A stretch of 64,000 bases of DNA from Terriglobia bacterium (GCA_963664115.2 CAXWPJ010000002.1:256001-320000); one strand, 5' to 3'. Shown: positions 52,001 to 61,298, counted from the stretch's first letter. The notes: generated from the letters alone by a model not told the origin. Made by a program: numbers and translations.

Positions 52001-52964
52001 CAGACACCTGGAATGTTCCTTCAAAAATCGATAGCCCCGTTTTGGACTCGCGCCATTCCACTTCGGTCCGTCCATAGAGGCTGATCATGCTGACGACCGG
52101 AATATCAAGCCGCTCTAAGGCTTTTGCGGCTTCGAAATCGGCGAAGCGGAAGAGAAATGCAAGAGAGGTGTCCGCCCTTCTCTGACCGTCAGGGTCCAAC
52201 AACAAACCCTCGAAAGCGGGGCCAGCGGGATAGCCGAATATAGGTATGGCTTCCCCGCCCTGCCGTTCGATTTCTGAGATCACGGCGTTGAGCAGCTCTG
52301 TGTCTCCACCGTAGTAGTCGGCCTTGTAGAACCCGACCGCAACCCGAAGAGCGCCGGGCTTCTTTTTACCGTTGTCGGTCCGCCAGCGGTCAAACTCTTC
52401 CCAGGTCGCAAAGACGCGGCCGCTCGGCCCGTCCGGGTAGTAATAGCCAGAATTCAGGGCCGGTTGCGGTTCGGGAACAACGAGGTCGGTGATGCCCGCG
52501 TAAACAAGGGCTTGCTTGATCAGGCCCAGTTGATTGCTGAAGCCGGAACCCGTCCAGAACGCATGCGCGCGCTCGTCCCAGACCGCGCCCTGGTCGGTGT
52601 AGTTTTCTGTAGGAAGGACTCCTACCCCGACGGTCAGCACGGTGCCGCGGGCAGCGATGTCTCGAATGAGATCGATGTCATTCGCCGTATTGAAACGGTC
52701 GAGCATTTCCTGGTTCATCACGTCCATGACAAGAACGTCGGTATCCAACAAGTCCTGAGGATTGGCTTCGTCGAAAACGGACTCCGTAAGGAAGTTGATC
52801 GAAACCTGGCCTCGCAAATCCGGCCGCTCTTCCAACAGCGCCTTAAACGCCAGGATCGTTCCGGGAATGTTGCCGTCGGAAAAGACATAGGTCACCTGTT
52901 GGGCCCAGACCGGAACCGACAGCAGTCCCGACAGTAGCGCCAGCTTAAAAACCCGTCGAATCAT
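49017..52964 (-). CDS. CobN/Mg-chelatase H family protein with signal peptide and C-terminal TM anchor (HmuS-like)
   Basis: YNYPPGK, HMGTHGTLEWL, PTGKNFY, GRPRVD, NPTWIEGMKKEGYAGA; both termini hydrophobic. Confidence 0.9.
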   Translation of the reverse strand: MIRRVFKLALLSGLLSVPVWAQQVTYVFSDGNIPGTILAFKALLEERPDLRGQVSINFLTESVFDEANPQDLLDTDVLVMDVMNQEMLDRFNTANDIDLIRDIAARGTVLTVGVGVLPTENYTDQGAVWDERAHAFWTGSGFSNQLGLIKQALVYAGITDLVVPEPQPALNSGYYYPDGPSGRVFATWEEFDRWRTDNGKKKPGALRVAVGFYKADYYGGDTELLNAVISEIERQGGEAIPIFGYPAGPAFEGLLLDPDGQRRADTSLAFLFRFADFEAAKALERLDIPVVSMISLYGRTEVEWRESKTGLSIFEGTFQVSVPEIAGTVAPTVVGSHEKRVDEETGLTIVTRHPIASRVTVAVARALRYGTLRVKANADKRVALMFYNYPPGKASIGASYLNVAESLSNVLQGMRDEGYDLGLADLSPERVLRDITTKARNVGGYAPGELQALLAEGTAILTPIADYQRWLDGYAPGFRDKVIADWGNPADTTLMATNGPDGPSLVIPAVQYGNVIVMPQPARGKGEDDEKLYHAKDLSPHHQYVATYAWLRNGYGADAVVHMGTHGTLEWLDGKDMGLSAEDASDALMADLPNLYIYNVDVVGEGLVARRRGMATLIDHMVPPFTRGGLYPELAALSESINDYDNNLHKNPELSRAFADQIRLQVIDLGIAKDLGLDLPDASALDDAMVHEIQAHMVDLRSQNIPFGLHAFGRVPEKPLRDSTIDAIVSVDRSLLPNDAEVLTADMEERIVTSGPRELASLFGALSGGFVPTGAGGEPIRNPDSYPTGKNFYGVDPDKIPKEAAWNLGVALADQMLADHLEKNGRYPRKVSFVIWGDETMRHEGILESQIFHLLGTRPVWDVRGNVVGVDVVPSARLGRPRVDIVIASAAEGMFNNVTLLMDEAVQRVKVIEEAENYVRDHYLETKSVLMESGYSEEDADRLAGVRIFDEPPGTFELNTSNIIAASGTWDSDRAMTDEYLMKMGHGFGNGFWGEPMEDVFRLALSGTEKVVHSSSTMLYGALDNDDFYMYMGGLAAAVRNIDGATPEMVVTNTRDPGKAEMTSIDEFIGTEFRSRYVNPTWIEGMKKEGYAGAGEMRAFVEYLWGWEATARDVIDDPMWQESFEVYVEDKHALGMADFFEEHSPFAYQDLTARMIETVRKDYWDADIETETRLLEEYIDSVNRHGVGCAAHTCGNPRLSQYVLDRALELGIPVPAIEGFQEAMEQAIGVQITSAAMAAVDFVRRNEALFEDSAVPEEISSVPQVEGFMMHETRSSQPVPQTVPSGLSNGDWDGLWVGLPLLGLLFAWRWRRGLS

Positions 52965-53320
52965 TCCTGTCCCTGCCCCCCTACCTCATCGTCCGGCACG
53001 TAGATGACCTGACCATTCGCCAATCGATACGCTGTACCGAGACGCTCTCCGTCGCCACCCATGGTCTCGCCGGTCAGTTCGTAAGCATCGATTTCCGTGC
53101 CCCGCTTGACAATGATCTCTCGTAGTCCCTGGGCATCCGTTTTGACTATCGTCACTTCGGTGTTGGGATCGACCAGATCGCCCATGCGGTAGACAGAAAA
53201 CAGCGTGATCATCAACCCGACGATAAAAACCACCGACACGTCGAAGATGTTCGCCACGCCTGAGAGCGGATCCTCGTCCGGAATTTCGTCGGGCGAAGGC
53301 AAATGTAAAAAACGACCCAT
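52961..53320 (-). CDS. DUF2149 domain protein (HmuV-like)
   Basis: DPLSGVANIFDVSVVF, GERLGTAYRLANGQVIYVP. Confidence 0.88.
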   Translation of the reverse strand: MGRFLHLPSPDEIPDEDPLSGVANIFDVSVVFIVGLMITLFSVYRMGDLVDPNTEVTIVKTDAQGLREIIVKRGTEIDAYELTGETMGGDGERLGTAYRLANGQVIYVPDDEVGGQGQE

Positions 53321-53361
53321 AAGTCTTGTTCCTTTCTAGATGCTGCTCTTCACCAACGGCT

Positions 53362-53991
53362 TTACCGCACCGGTGAACGTTCCAGTTCCGCGGCGACTCT
53401 TTCCGCAAGGAACCGTTGTTCGCGTACTGTCTCGTTAACCCAGCCATGACGCACGACCTGCACGACGTAGGCGATGGTACCGGCAGAAAGCCCAATGATC
53501 GTTGTCGTGAAAGCGACTACCATCTGCCCCGCCATGGCCTCAATGTTGCCGGCCGTCAACGATGCTAATGCGGTACCCATCGGTATGAGCGTCCCCAACA
53601 ATCCCAGACTCGGACCCACCTTCACGAGCATTCTGGACGGTCCAAGCGTCTGCCGCACTCGATGTTCGCGCTCCAGAACAACGTGCTCCAAACCGCCGTC
53701 ATTCAGCGCGTCCTTGTCCGTCTCATCTTCTATGTTGACCAGCAAGGATCGCAGCGGCGCAGGTAGTTCTGCCTGGCGGCCTTCGGCCGCATTGAGAATC
53801 GGACCCGCCTGAAGCCAGGTATTCAAATCAAAGTGGTATCGTTCGCGGCGGCGCGCCAGAAACTCGACGACGCAGCCTGCAGCCATTCCCAGAGCTGCCG
53901 CCACGCAGATCCAGAGGAGCGTAATCACAGGTAGTCGCAGAACCTGGCTCAGAGCGAAGAGCCCGTTTTCGAGCGTGGAAAGAACGTTCAT
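53362..53991 (-). CDS. MotA/TolQ/ExbB proton-channel family protein (HmuU-like)
   Basis: GPSLGLLGTLIPMG, VAFTTTIIGL. Confidence 0.9.
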   Translation of the reverse strand: MNVLSTLENGLFALSQVLRLPVITLLWICVAAALGMAAGCVVEFLARRRERYHFDLNTWLQAGPILNAAEGRQAELPAPLRSLLVNIEDETDKDALNDGGLEHVVLEREHRVRQTLGPSRMLVKVGPSLGLLGTLIPMGTALASLTAGNIEAMAGQMVVAFTTTIIGLSAGTIAYVVQVVRHGWVNETVREQRFLAERVAAELERSPVR

Positions 53992-54587
53992 CTGCCTCTC
54001 CATACCAGGGAATACACGCCACCGGCAACAACGGAGCCAACTGTCACTACCAGAACCCAGGTCGCCATCTCCGTCGCCATCTCCGTCCCCATGCCCGCTT
54101 CATAATCCAAATTGATCACGCCAGCGGACTCCCACCCTGAGAAAAACGCCGGACCCATGGCTACGATCAAAGCCAGGGCAATGACCCAGAGAAGGGCCTC
54201 CTCGCCGAGCGCGAGCGGCGCGAAACCCGAACGCCGCGACGTCATAAACACAGACACGCCGGGCACCACCACAGCCAGCACGAGTGCCCCGACCAATGGG
54301 ACATCCTGTAACTGGAGGAGCGAAAACCACAGCCCGGCCAGAGCACCCGCGCAAGCTGAGGTCAGAACCTCCATTCCCGGACGCGTCAACTGGACTGCAG
54401 CGATGACAGCAACGACAAGGCCGATCAAGGAAGGGTCCAGGATGCGATCGGGACCCAGCGCAACAATCGAAATCAAAAATCCAAGACCCAAGGCAGCCAT
54501 GGCTTTGCGATTGCCTGCAGCGGCGGTGGCCAAAGTTGCCGTACCCAAACCGCAGAGCATTCCAAGAGCATGTAGGACGAAGCTCAT
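53988..54587 (-). CDS. Multi-pass membrane protein, first gene of the chelatase-like operon
   Basis: Several hydrophobic helices; ATGA overlap with the next gene. Confidence 0.7.
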   Translation of the reverse strand: MSFVLHALGMLCGLGTATLATAAAGNRKAMAALGLGFLISIVALGPDRILDPSLIGLVVAVIAAVQLTRPGMEVLTSACAGALAGLWFSLLQLQDVPLVGALVLAVVVPGVSVFMTSRRSGFAPLALGEEALLWVIALALIVAMGPAFFSGWESAGVINLDYEAGMGTEMATEMATWVLVVTVGSVVAGGVYSLVWRGR

Positions 54588-55242
54588 TTCAGATTAATCA
54601 ATACCTGTTCATGCGCAATCGGCAAGGCCCTACCAGACCTTCGCACCCAAACAGCCCCCGGGCTGGCCACCGAACTTGCTAAAGCTGTGTAGCTCTTCAG
54701 TATAGCGTACAAGAACGCTTGTGATCGCCGGAGGTATCGCTTACGCCAAAACTCATATTTAAGAATGTCCTAAGCAATAAGTTTTGTCATTTGAAGAGTT
54801 CCTGAATTTGTAGTCAGAATCGTATGCAAGGAGTCGGTACAGGTATCCAGCATTCCAAGGAATATTCTCCGAGTGAGCTTCGATAACTCTGCAATCGTGT
54901 TTAGTCCGTCGAATCTAACAATCTTTCCCTGCACCTTAGCTCAGAAGAGGGCCGCCACTCCAGATGCTCGGACAGGAGGGACCCAGCGATGTCGGGGTGT
55001 GCAATTTCCGATCGGTATCGCTCAGGCTGACACCTGCAAGATCGATGTTCTTAAAATTCATTTCCTGGGTACTTATTAGACCCGCTGGCTCAGTCATCAA
55101 GCCGACGCCATGGATAGACCCTAAATATTTATTTCAGGAAGCCCGATCACCACCCACATTCCGACCGCCGCACCTCAATTCGCCTCCGATGGCCTATATC
55201 TCCTGTTGTTTCAACGAAATGCCGCAATAGCTACGCTTCCTC

Positions 55243-55287
55243 AATTCTCAGCGTCCGACAATGTCGTTTCTCAGGACTTGAGAATTT
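55243..55287 (-). repeat. Inverted variant palindrome R14 (spacer ACGACA)
   Basis: Reverse complement reads aattctcaagtcctgagaa-acgaca-ttgtcggacgctgagaatt; followed by a 13 bp duplication gacttgagaattt. Confidence 0.9.
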
Positions 55288-55312
55288 GACTTGAGAATTT
55301 AATAGCACCTAG

Positions 55313-57161
55313 TCCCTGAACAAGCGTGATTGACGAGGAAATGATAGTGCAATAAGAGCGGAAGTACCCGAAATGCCCCGTCTCCGTGCGAAAAAAACCT
55401 TGAACAGATTCTTCGGAAAAGGAGGCATTTCAGATGAACGATTATACGCGCAAGAACATGAGGAACCGCAAGCGGCGAATCGAACGTCGGCTTGGGGACC
55501 GGCATTGGACGGATCAGGTAGAGCCGATGTTTTCGGCGAGCAACATTCAGTACGAGATGGGAGAGCGGACGCGGGGCACATCGGTTGGTGGTATCGGGAC
55601 GATGCAACTGGTGGCGCGGCGGACCGGGCTGATCGAAGCCATCGACAAGGGCGTGCATGTGTTGAAGCGGCACCTGCCGTATCACGAGTCGGATCACGTG
55701 CTGAACATCGCCTACAACGCCTTGAGCGGAGGAACGTGCCTGGAAGACATCGAACTGCGGCGCAACGATGCGGTGTATCTGGATGCGCTGGGAGCGCAAC
55801 GGATTCCGGATCCGACGACGGCGGGAGACTTCTGCCGGAGATTCGAGGCCGACGACGTGGAGTGTCTGATGGAGGCAACCAATCAAGTCCGGCTCGGAGT
55901 CTGGCGACAGCAACCGGCGGCGTTTTTCGAAGAAGCGGTGTTGGACGCGGACGGGACACTGGCCGAAACCACGGGGGAATGCAAGCAAGGGATGGACGTG
56001 GCCTACGACGGGACGTGGGGATATCACCCGCTGATGATCTCGCTGGCCAACACCGCCGAACCGCTGTATCTGGTCAATCGTAGCGGCAACCGGCCGTCGC
56101 ATGAAGGAGCCGCGGTCCGGTTCGACCAAGCCATCGCATTGTGCCGGCATGCGGGGTTTCGCCAGATCCTGCTGCGCGGGGACACGGACTTCAGCCAGAC
56201 CCGGCATCTGGACGGATGGGACGACCAGCAGGTGGGTTTCATATTCGGGATTGACGCGATGGCGAACCTGAAGGCCCGGGCCGATGAACTGGAGCCGCGC
56301 CAGTGGAAGCGCCTGGAACGGCCCGCGAAATACGACGTGGCGACCGAACCGCGCCAACGTCCCGACAACGTGAAGGAAGAGATCGTTCGGCAGCGCGGTT
56401 TCGACAATATCCGCTTGCAGGGTGAGGATGTGGCCGAGTTTCGGTATCGACCCGGAGCCTGCGATCGGGACTACCGTGTCGTCGTGGTGCGGAAGAATCT
56501 GTCGGTGGCCAAAGGAGAGCAGGTGTTGTTTGACGACATCCGGTACTTCTTCTACATTACCAACCGTTCGGATCCGGCCGACCAGATTGTGATGCGTGCC
56601 AATCAACGGTGCAATCAGGAGAATCTCATTGAGCAGTTGAAGAACGGCGTTCAGGCGTTGCGGATGCCGGTCGGAGATCAGACCAGCAACTGGGCCTACA
56701 TGGTGATCGCGTCACTGGCCTGGACACTGAAAGCGTGGTTTGCATTGCTGCTTCCCGAAACCGGACGTTGGGGCCAAAAATATCAGGCTGAGAAGCAAAC
56801 CGTGCTGCGCATGGAGTTCAAAACCTTCTTGAACGCTTTCATGCTTGTGCCGTGCCAACTCGTGCGCACCGGGCGGCGCATTCTGTTCCGGATCCTGGCC
56901 TGGAACCGGTGGTTGCCGGTCTTGTTCCGCGGGGTGGATGTGTTGCGTCAGCCTCTGCGATGTTGACCCGATCATGACTCTGAGCCCGGGCGATCGAGGT
57001 CCCGGTTTCTGTCAACCGTCCAACACCAGCGAGGCTGAACTGAAACAGATTCAACAGAAACTCGATACCTGGAACAGGCCATCCGGGAACGGGATTCTAT
57101 GCCTCGAATTCTATCGGCGCGAACTGGGCCTCGGCGGACTGGTTATGCGCTTGTTTTGGGA
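55313..57161 (+). mobile_element. IS1380-family element, copy 2 (1849 bp)
   Basis: Same IRs and CTAG flanks; transposase identical to copy 1; one visible SNP upstream of the CDS. Confidence 0.93.
55434..56966 (+). CDS. IS1380-family DDE transposase
   Basis: Identical translation to 41001-42533. Confidence 0.93.
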   Translation: MNDYTRKNMRNRKRRIERRLGDRHWTDQVEPMFSASNIQYEMGERTRGTSVGGIGTMQLVARRTGLIEAIDKGVHVLKRHLPYHESDHVLNIAYNALSGGTCLEDIELRRNDAVYLDALGAQRIPDPTTAGDFCRRFEADDVECLMEATNQVRLGVWRQQPAAFFEEAVLDADGTLAETTGECKQGMDVAYDGTWGYHPLMISLANTAEPLYLVNRSGNRPSHEGAAVRFDQAIALCRHAGFRQILLRGDTDFSQTRHLDGWDDQQVGFIFGIDAMANLKARADELEPRQWKRLERPAKYDVATEPRQRPDNVKEEIVRQRGFDNIRLQGEDVAEFRYRPGACDRDYRVVVVRKNLSVAKGEQVLFDDIRYFFYITNRSDPADQIVMRANQRCNQENLIEQLKNGVQALRMPVGDQTSNWAYMVIASLAWTLKAWFALLLPETGRWGQKYQAEKQTVLRMEFKTFLNAFMLVPCQLVRTGRRILFRILAWNRWLPVLFRGVDVLRQPLRC

Positions 57162-57164
57162 CTA

Positions 57165-58315
57165 GTGTACCCCGCTCGAAGTAATGTAACTAAAATAGCT
57201 TTCCAACGTCCAATAGAGAATGAGGAAAGCACCGACCATTGAATTGGATGACAAGCAGCGGATGGAGTTGGAGCGACTGAGTCGAAGCCGGAGTACATCG
57301 GTCCGGTTGGCGGAACGATCCCGAATTGTATTACTGGCCGCTGAAGGTCGGAACAATTATGAGATCGCCGCCCGCTTGGAGATCACGCGCCAGAAAGCGG
57401 GCCGCTGGCGCAATCGTTTTGTGGAACAGGGCTTGGCTGGGATCGAAAAGGATGCGCCGCGAAGCGGACGGATTCCCACGATCAGTCGCCGGAAGCGAGC
57501 CCGGATCGTCAAGAAGACACTGGAAGAGAAGCCCCCGAACGCGACGCACTGGAGTCGGGCCTCGATGGCGAAGGCCGTTGGCGTGAGCGAGTCCACGGTC
57601 GGGAAAATCTGGCGGGTCCATGGACTGAAGCCTCATCTGTCACGAACCTTCAAACTATCCAACGACAAACGATTCGCCGAAAAGCTGGAGGATGTGGTCG
57701 GTCTGTATCTGAGCCCACCGGAAAACGCCATTGTCTTGTCCTGCGATGAGAAGAGCCAGATGCAGGCCCTGGACCGCACGCAACCCGGGTTACCTCTGAA
57801 GAAGGGGCGGTGTGGCACCATGACCCACGATTACAAACGTAACGGGACAACCACGCTTTTCGCCGCGCTCAACATCCTGGACGGTTCGGTCATCGGAACC
57901 TGCATGCCAAAGCATCGCCATCAGGAATGGATCCGGTTTCTGAATCAGATCAAACGCGCCATGCCGAAAGATAAGGAGATCCACATTATTTGCGACAACT
58001 ATGCGACTCACAAACATCAGAAAGTCGTCAACTGGCTCAAGCGTAACAAGCGTTTTCATGTGCACTTCACGCCAACCAGTGCGTCGTGGCTCAACATGGT
58101 CGAGCGCTTTTTCCGGGATCTGTCCGAGCAACGACTCCGGCGTGGCGTTTTCCGCTCGGTCCCCGAGTTGATCCAGGCCGTGGAGGACTACCTCGCTCGT
58201 CACAATGAAGACCCGAAACCCTTCATCTGGACTGCAACGGCTTCCGACATCCTTGCTAAAGTCCAGCGCGGCCGGCGAAATCTTGATAAGTTACAGTCTG
58301 TTTAACGGGGACCAC
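57165..58315 (+). mobile_element. IS630-family element
   Basis: Ends GTGTACCCCG / CGGGGACCAC flanked by TA within CTAG; abuts IS1380 copy 2. Confidence 0.9.
57220..58305 (+). CDS. IS630-family transposase
   Basis: HTH region; DEKSQ, THDYKRNGT, DNYATHK, TSASWLNMVERFF. Confidence 0.95.
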   Translation: MRKAPTIELDDKQRMELERLSRSRSTSVRLAERSRIVLLAAEGRNNYEIAARLEITRQKAGRWRNRFVEQGLAGIEKDAPRSGRIPTISRRKRARIVKKTLEEKPPNATHWSRASMAKAVGVSESTVGKIWRVHGLKPHLSRTFKLSNDKRFAEKLEDVVGLYLSPPENAIVLSCDEKSQMQALDRTQPGLPLKKGRCGTMTHDYKRNGTTTLFAALNILDGSVIGTCMPKHRHQEWIRFLNQIKRAMPKDKEIHIICDNYATHKHQKVVNWLKRNKRFHVHFTPTSASWLNMVERFFRDLSEQRLRRGVFRSVPELIQAVEDYLARHNEDPKPFIWTATASDILAKVQRGRRNLDKLQSV

Positions 58316-58379
58316 TAGCTCCCTCCCTTAGTATTCTTTACCGAGATTTTCGTTGTTCTTTCGGCGACACACTTTAATC

Positions 58380-58640
58380 ATGGAATCGGGCACTCAGCTA
58401 GGTCAGTACGAGATTCTGAGCCTTCTCGGTCAGGTTGGGGAATGGGTGAGGTGTGGCGTCCAAGGGACGCCAAGCCGGGACGCGAAGTGGCCATTAAGAC
58501 TTTGCCTGAGGAGATTGCCAAGGATGCGGATCGTCTCGCACGAATTGAACGTGAAGCGAAGCTTCTGGCTTCGCTCAATCATTCAAACATCGCTGTGATC
58601 CACGGGTTTGAAGAAGACAACGGGATGCACTTCCTTAGTC
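58380..58640 (+). pseudogene. 5' fragment of a Ser/Thr protein kinase (frameshifted)
   Basis: [17 protein letters not shown](fs)[45 protein letters not shown]; stops before the catalytic loop. Confidence 0.85.
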
Positions 58641-58772
58641 TTGGAACCAACGCGGCAGACTTTCCAGCGAGCAGGCCATCCCTCGTTTGGCGGGCGAAGA
58701 ATCCTTTGACCTCTCAGTCGTTGACCTGCTTTAAGTTGACAGCAAAGTGTCGGGACGGCTTAAATCGTTAGC

Positions 58773-61241
58773 ATGTCTGACTCGATTCCAACTTCTCTTT
58801 CATCTATCCTGGGCGCTGCCCGTTCGGCCATGCCGTCGCTGCCGGTGCTTTTCGTTCTCATGCTCCTGCCGGCGCTCTCTTTGGCTCAGGAGGGCACCGC
58901 AGTTCTGTCCGGCCGCATTTTGGACGACTCCGACGGTTCGGCGGTCGGCTTCGCGACCGTGCTGATCAAGAACACCACGGGAGAGCCTCTCTCTGGTGTC
59001 CTTGCTGGAGAGGACGGCCGCTTCCTGATCGAGGGTTTGGCGCCGGGCAACTACACCATCGCGATGTCGTTTCCCGGGTTTTTCCCTGAGGAGGCCAACG
59101 TACTTGTCTCCGAACTCAACCAGTCTTACGACCTGGGTGATATCGGCCTCGTTCGTCAGGTGGTCGAGCAGGAGATTACGGTCACGGCAGAGGCGATCCG
59201 GGTGGCCGGTATAAACACCGAGCTGTTCCGGCTCGACGAAGGGCCGACCCAGTCGACCGGATCGCTGCTCGATGCGATGCGGAATCTTCCTGGTGTGACG
59301 ATCGATCAAGAAGGCAGAGTGGCGCTTCGTGGTAGCGATCAGGTCTCCATCCTTATTGACGGCAGGCAGTCGAGCCTGACGGGATTTGGAAGTCAACGCG
59401 GCCTCGACAGCGTTTCCGCGGCCAATATAGAAGCGATCGAGATCATCCACAATCCTTCTGCGAGCTTTGACGCCGCCGGAATGGCCGGAATCATCAACAT
59501 CATCTACAAACAGGAAACGGAACTGGGCCTCTCGGGAGATCTTGGCCTGTCCGTCGGCGTCGGCCAGTTCTCCAAGCAGCAGCCCGATCTGCCGACTGAT
59601 CTCGGCAGCTTTTCGAACAACGGGAAGATCACGCCCAGCCTAAGCCTGAACTACAACACCGAGAGCGTCCGCAGCTTCGTCCAGACCGAAGTCCTCGTGC
59701 AGGACGATCTGCCAAACAACGAGTTCACGACCCGCTTCTACGACGACGGTCGCGTCATCCAGTCACAGGTGCCGGAAAACCGCGAGCAGACGCACTACAT
59801 CGTCCGGGCAGGCTCGGACATCAGCGTCGGTAGTTCCAACACGCTTTCGGTTTCAGGGATCTACGACTTCGAAACACATACCGACCGTGCGCAGGTTCCC
59901 TTCATCCTGGCGTCCACCGGTGAACGCGAGCGATTTTGGTTCTGGCAGGAAGAGGAAGATACAGGTTTCGCCAACATCAACTTCGATCTCAAGCACGAAT
60001 TCCCGACGCCCGGGCATGAGCTGAACGTCAATCTCCAATACACGCGTGGATGGGAGGACGAGGCGTACTTTCTCAACGAGGAATCAAGGGTTCGCGTGGG
60101 CACGGACATGACCCATCTTGTCGCCGAAGAGAACACTCTGCCACTGAGCATCGATTACATACGCCCGCTGTCGAGCGGTCGGTTGGAGTTGGGCACGAAG
60201 CTCCAAGCGCGCTGGCTGCCAATCACCTACACAGTCGACCGTGGCGTGCAGAGCGTGATTTATGAAGGACTCGGCGACTCTTCCGACTGGGACGAGGACA
60301 TTTACGCCGCGTACGCCAACCTGGTCCAGGTGAAGAACTCGTACTCATTTGAGGCCGGAGTCCGCATCGAGCAGACCAACGTCGCCTACACGATCCCGGA
60401 CGAGAACATCTACTACGAGGGCAGCGACGCGTACAACTACTTCGAGGTCTTTCCAAACGTCAAGTTCACCTACCGGCTGGGCGACGCGAATCAGCTGATC
60501 GCCGCGTACAACCGGCGCATCGATCGACCGGGAGAACCGGAACTGCGCATCTTTCCAAAGTACGACGATCCGGAACTGCTCAAAGTGGGCAACCCGTTTC
60601 TCCGGCCCCAGTTGACCAACGTGTTTGAGGTCGGCTTCGGACGATCGTGGGACGGCGGTTCCGTCAACACTGCCATCTACCACAGGGATCTCGCAGACGC
60701 GTTCCAGCGCGTTTTCGCCATCGACGATACCAACCCGGACTACGACATCGTAAACAGGATCTTCGAGAACGCCGGAAACTCCACCCAGACCGGAATCGAG
60801 GTGATCGTGGAACAGCAGATCGCCGCCCCATGGCGTCTGTCCGGAAGCGTCAACTGGTTCACGAACGACATCGAAGCCCTGGAAACCACCTTGCTGTTCC
60901 CGACACCGCGGCCGTTCACTCTGGCCGCTTCGAGAGACGACACCTGGGATTTCACCATCAACAACCAGTTCCGACTGCCCCGCACGGGGGAACTCCAATT
61001 GAGCTACATCTATTACGCTCGGAGGAACGTCCCCCAAGGCCGCGAGCGTGCACGCTCGTCGCTCGATCTGGCCGCCACCTGGCCCATAGTGAACGAACGC
61101 TCCGAACTGGTGTTCACCTTCAGCGATATCTTCAACGATTTTGCTGTGGAACGTGAGATCGACGGTCAAGGCTTCACGGCGATCTACCAGAACTTGTTGG
61201 AATCGCAAGTTGTCAGCGTTGGCGTAAGAACCCGGTTCTGA
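58773..61241 (+). CDS. TonB-dependent receptor with N-terminal carboxypeptidase-regulatory-like domain (start may be 58830)
   Basis: Signal peptide; plug motifs LPGV, IEAIEIIHNPSA..GIINI; GNPFLRPQ; terminal Phe. Confidence 0.9.
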   Translation: MSDSIPTSLSSILGAARSAMPSLPVLFVLMLLPALSLAQEGTAVLSGRILDDSDGSAVGFATVLIKNTTGEPLSGVLAGEDGRFLIEGLAPGNYTIAMSFPGFFPEEANVLVSELNQSYDLGDIGLVRQVVEQEITVTAEAIRVAGINTELFRLDEGPTQSTGSLLDAMRNLPGVTIDQEGRVALRGSDQVSILIDGRQSSLTGFGSQRGLDSVSAANIEAIEIIHNPSASFDAAGMAGIINIIYKQETELGLSGDLGLSVGVGQFSKQQPDLPTDLGSFSNNGKITPSLSLNYNTESVRSFVQTEVLVQDDLPNNEFTTRFYDDGRVIQSQVPENREQTHYIVRAGSDISVGSSNTLSVSGIYDFETHTDRAQVPFILASTGERERFWFWQEEEDTGFANINFDLKHEFPTPGHELNVNLQYTRGWEDEAYFLNEESRVRVGTDMTHLVAEENTLPLSIDYIRPLSSGRLELGTKLQARWLPITYTVDRGVQSVIYEGLGDSSDWDEDIYAAYANLVQVKNSYSFEAGVRIEQTNVAYTIPDENIYYEGSDAYNYFEVFPNVKFTYRLGDANQLIAAYNRRIDRPGEPELRIFPKYDDPELLKVGNPFLRPQLTNVFEVGFGRSWDGGSVNTAIYHRDLADAFQRVFAIDDTNPDYDIVNRIFENAGNSTQTGIEVIVEQQIAAPWRLSGSVNWFTNDIEALETTLLFPTPRPFTLAASRDDTWDFTINNQFRLPRTGELQLSYIYYARRNVPQGRERARSSLDLAATWPIVNERSELVFTFSDIFNDFAVEREIDGQGFTAIYQNLLESQVVSVGVRTRF

Positions 61242-61260
61242 GGATCCAATATGCTTGTCC

Positions 61261-61298
61261 TTCTCAAGTCCTGACAAATCATCTTCTCGGACGTTGAA
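61261..61298 (+). repeat. Palindromic dispersed repeat, copy R15
   Basis: ttctcaagtcctgacaa-atcatc-ttctcggacgttgaa. Confidence 0.95.

Noticed and set aside
49017-52964. Calling this gene cobN of B12 synthesis
   Set aside because: Export signal, membrane anchor and ExbB/DUF2149 context; no cob genes nearby
54600-55240. AT-richer stretch upstream of the chelatase operon as a gene or riboswitch
   Set aside because: No convincing ORF in the frames examined and no cobalamin-riboswitch motif recognisable by eye; an Rfam/BLASTx search would be needed
40806-57161. Block having arrived as an IS1380 composite transposon or having been inverted
   Set aside because: Both flanks of copy 1 belong to the same peroxiredoxin-like gene and the flanks of copy 2 rebuild a conserved module, so the insertions were independent
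1068-61277. Long antisense/overlapping ORFs (e.g. 1068-2492, 4289-5617, 6454-7932, 41361-42707, 44156-46105, 55299-56606, 60345-61277)
   Set aside because: Shadow frames opposite well-supported genes in GC-rich DNA; no recognisable motifs
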